Shown here: positions 27,124 to 27,360 of the stretch, piece by piece | Numbering within the stretch: position 1 is the first letter of the stretch | How the letters are laid out: each line of letters starts with the position of its first letter | DNA from: a candidate division WOR-3 bacterium | Lineage (GTDB): Bacteria > Hydrothermota > Hydrothermia > B15-G9 > WFZT01 | Assembly: GCA_027053075.1 (NCBI GenBank) | Contig: JALUEE010000095.1 | Location: 1 to 27,360, forward strand | Reading direction: 5' to 3' | Length of the DNA: 27,360 nucleotides | Notes under the pieces: model-generated | What the model saw: only the letters and a program-made list of their open reading frames with translations | What the model was told of the DNA's origin: nothing | Database searches by the model: none | Position numbers and translations under genes: made by a program

Positions 27124-27360
27124 GAAATCTTAAAGACAAATTCAGATGGTTGAGTCGTCAGGAGGTTGCATCTTTACTGGACCATACTCTCCTCAAACCC
27201 TACGCTACAAAAGAAGACCTCAGAAGATTTCTTATTGAGGGCAGTAAGTACAATTTCGCTTCGTTCTGTGTAAATTCTTATGCCATCCCGATTCTTGCGA
27301 AAATTGCGAATGAAGAGGGGATAAATGGCACACTATGCTCTGTAGTGGGATTTCCACTTG
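27078..27360 (+). CDS. deoC: Deoxyribose-phosphate aldolase, 5' part
   Basis: Manual translation ...VASLLDHTLLKPYATKEDL...NFASFCVN...CSVVGFPL matches DeoC. The frame is open from ATG 27078; the exact start is uncertain (alternative TTG near 27150). Confidence 0.9.
   Translation, partial: MENTEQYIERAREKLRNLKDKFRWLSRQEVASLLDHTLLKPYATKEDLRRFLIEGSKYNFASFCVNSYAIPILAKIANEEGINGTLCSVVGFPL

Overview
Bacterial chromosomal window. The left end (1-5364, minus strand) is housekeeping: rplT, pheS, pheT, a zapB-like gene, zapA and rarA, with a consensus sigma70 promoter. The right end (26431-27360, plus strand) holds a degenerate MBL-fold/FprA-like gene and the start of deoC. Between them lies a ~20.5 kb minus-strand accessory cluster of envelope-targeted genes. 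It contains five caspase-fold (clan CD, peptidase C14-like) proteases with intact His-Gly/Cys dyads, built as a variable N-terminal module (beta-propeller, beta-barrel-like, or Zn-ribbon+TM+PQQ-propeller) plus Ca-loop Ig-like domains, a caspase domain and an EF-hand-like loop. It also has three LPP20-like lipoproteins, a DUF4384-like protein and an MltC-like lytic transglycosylase. Structural signals include a 1,955-bp near-identical duplication with swapped N-termini, a probable -1 frameshift joining two ORFs, strong coding-strand C depletion in some protease modules, and a family of intergenic hairpins sharing a GCAC-TTC-GTG core. All domain names come from motif recognition by eye, not database searches.
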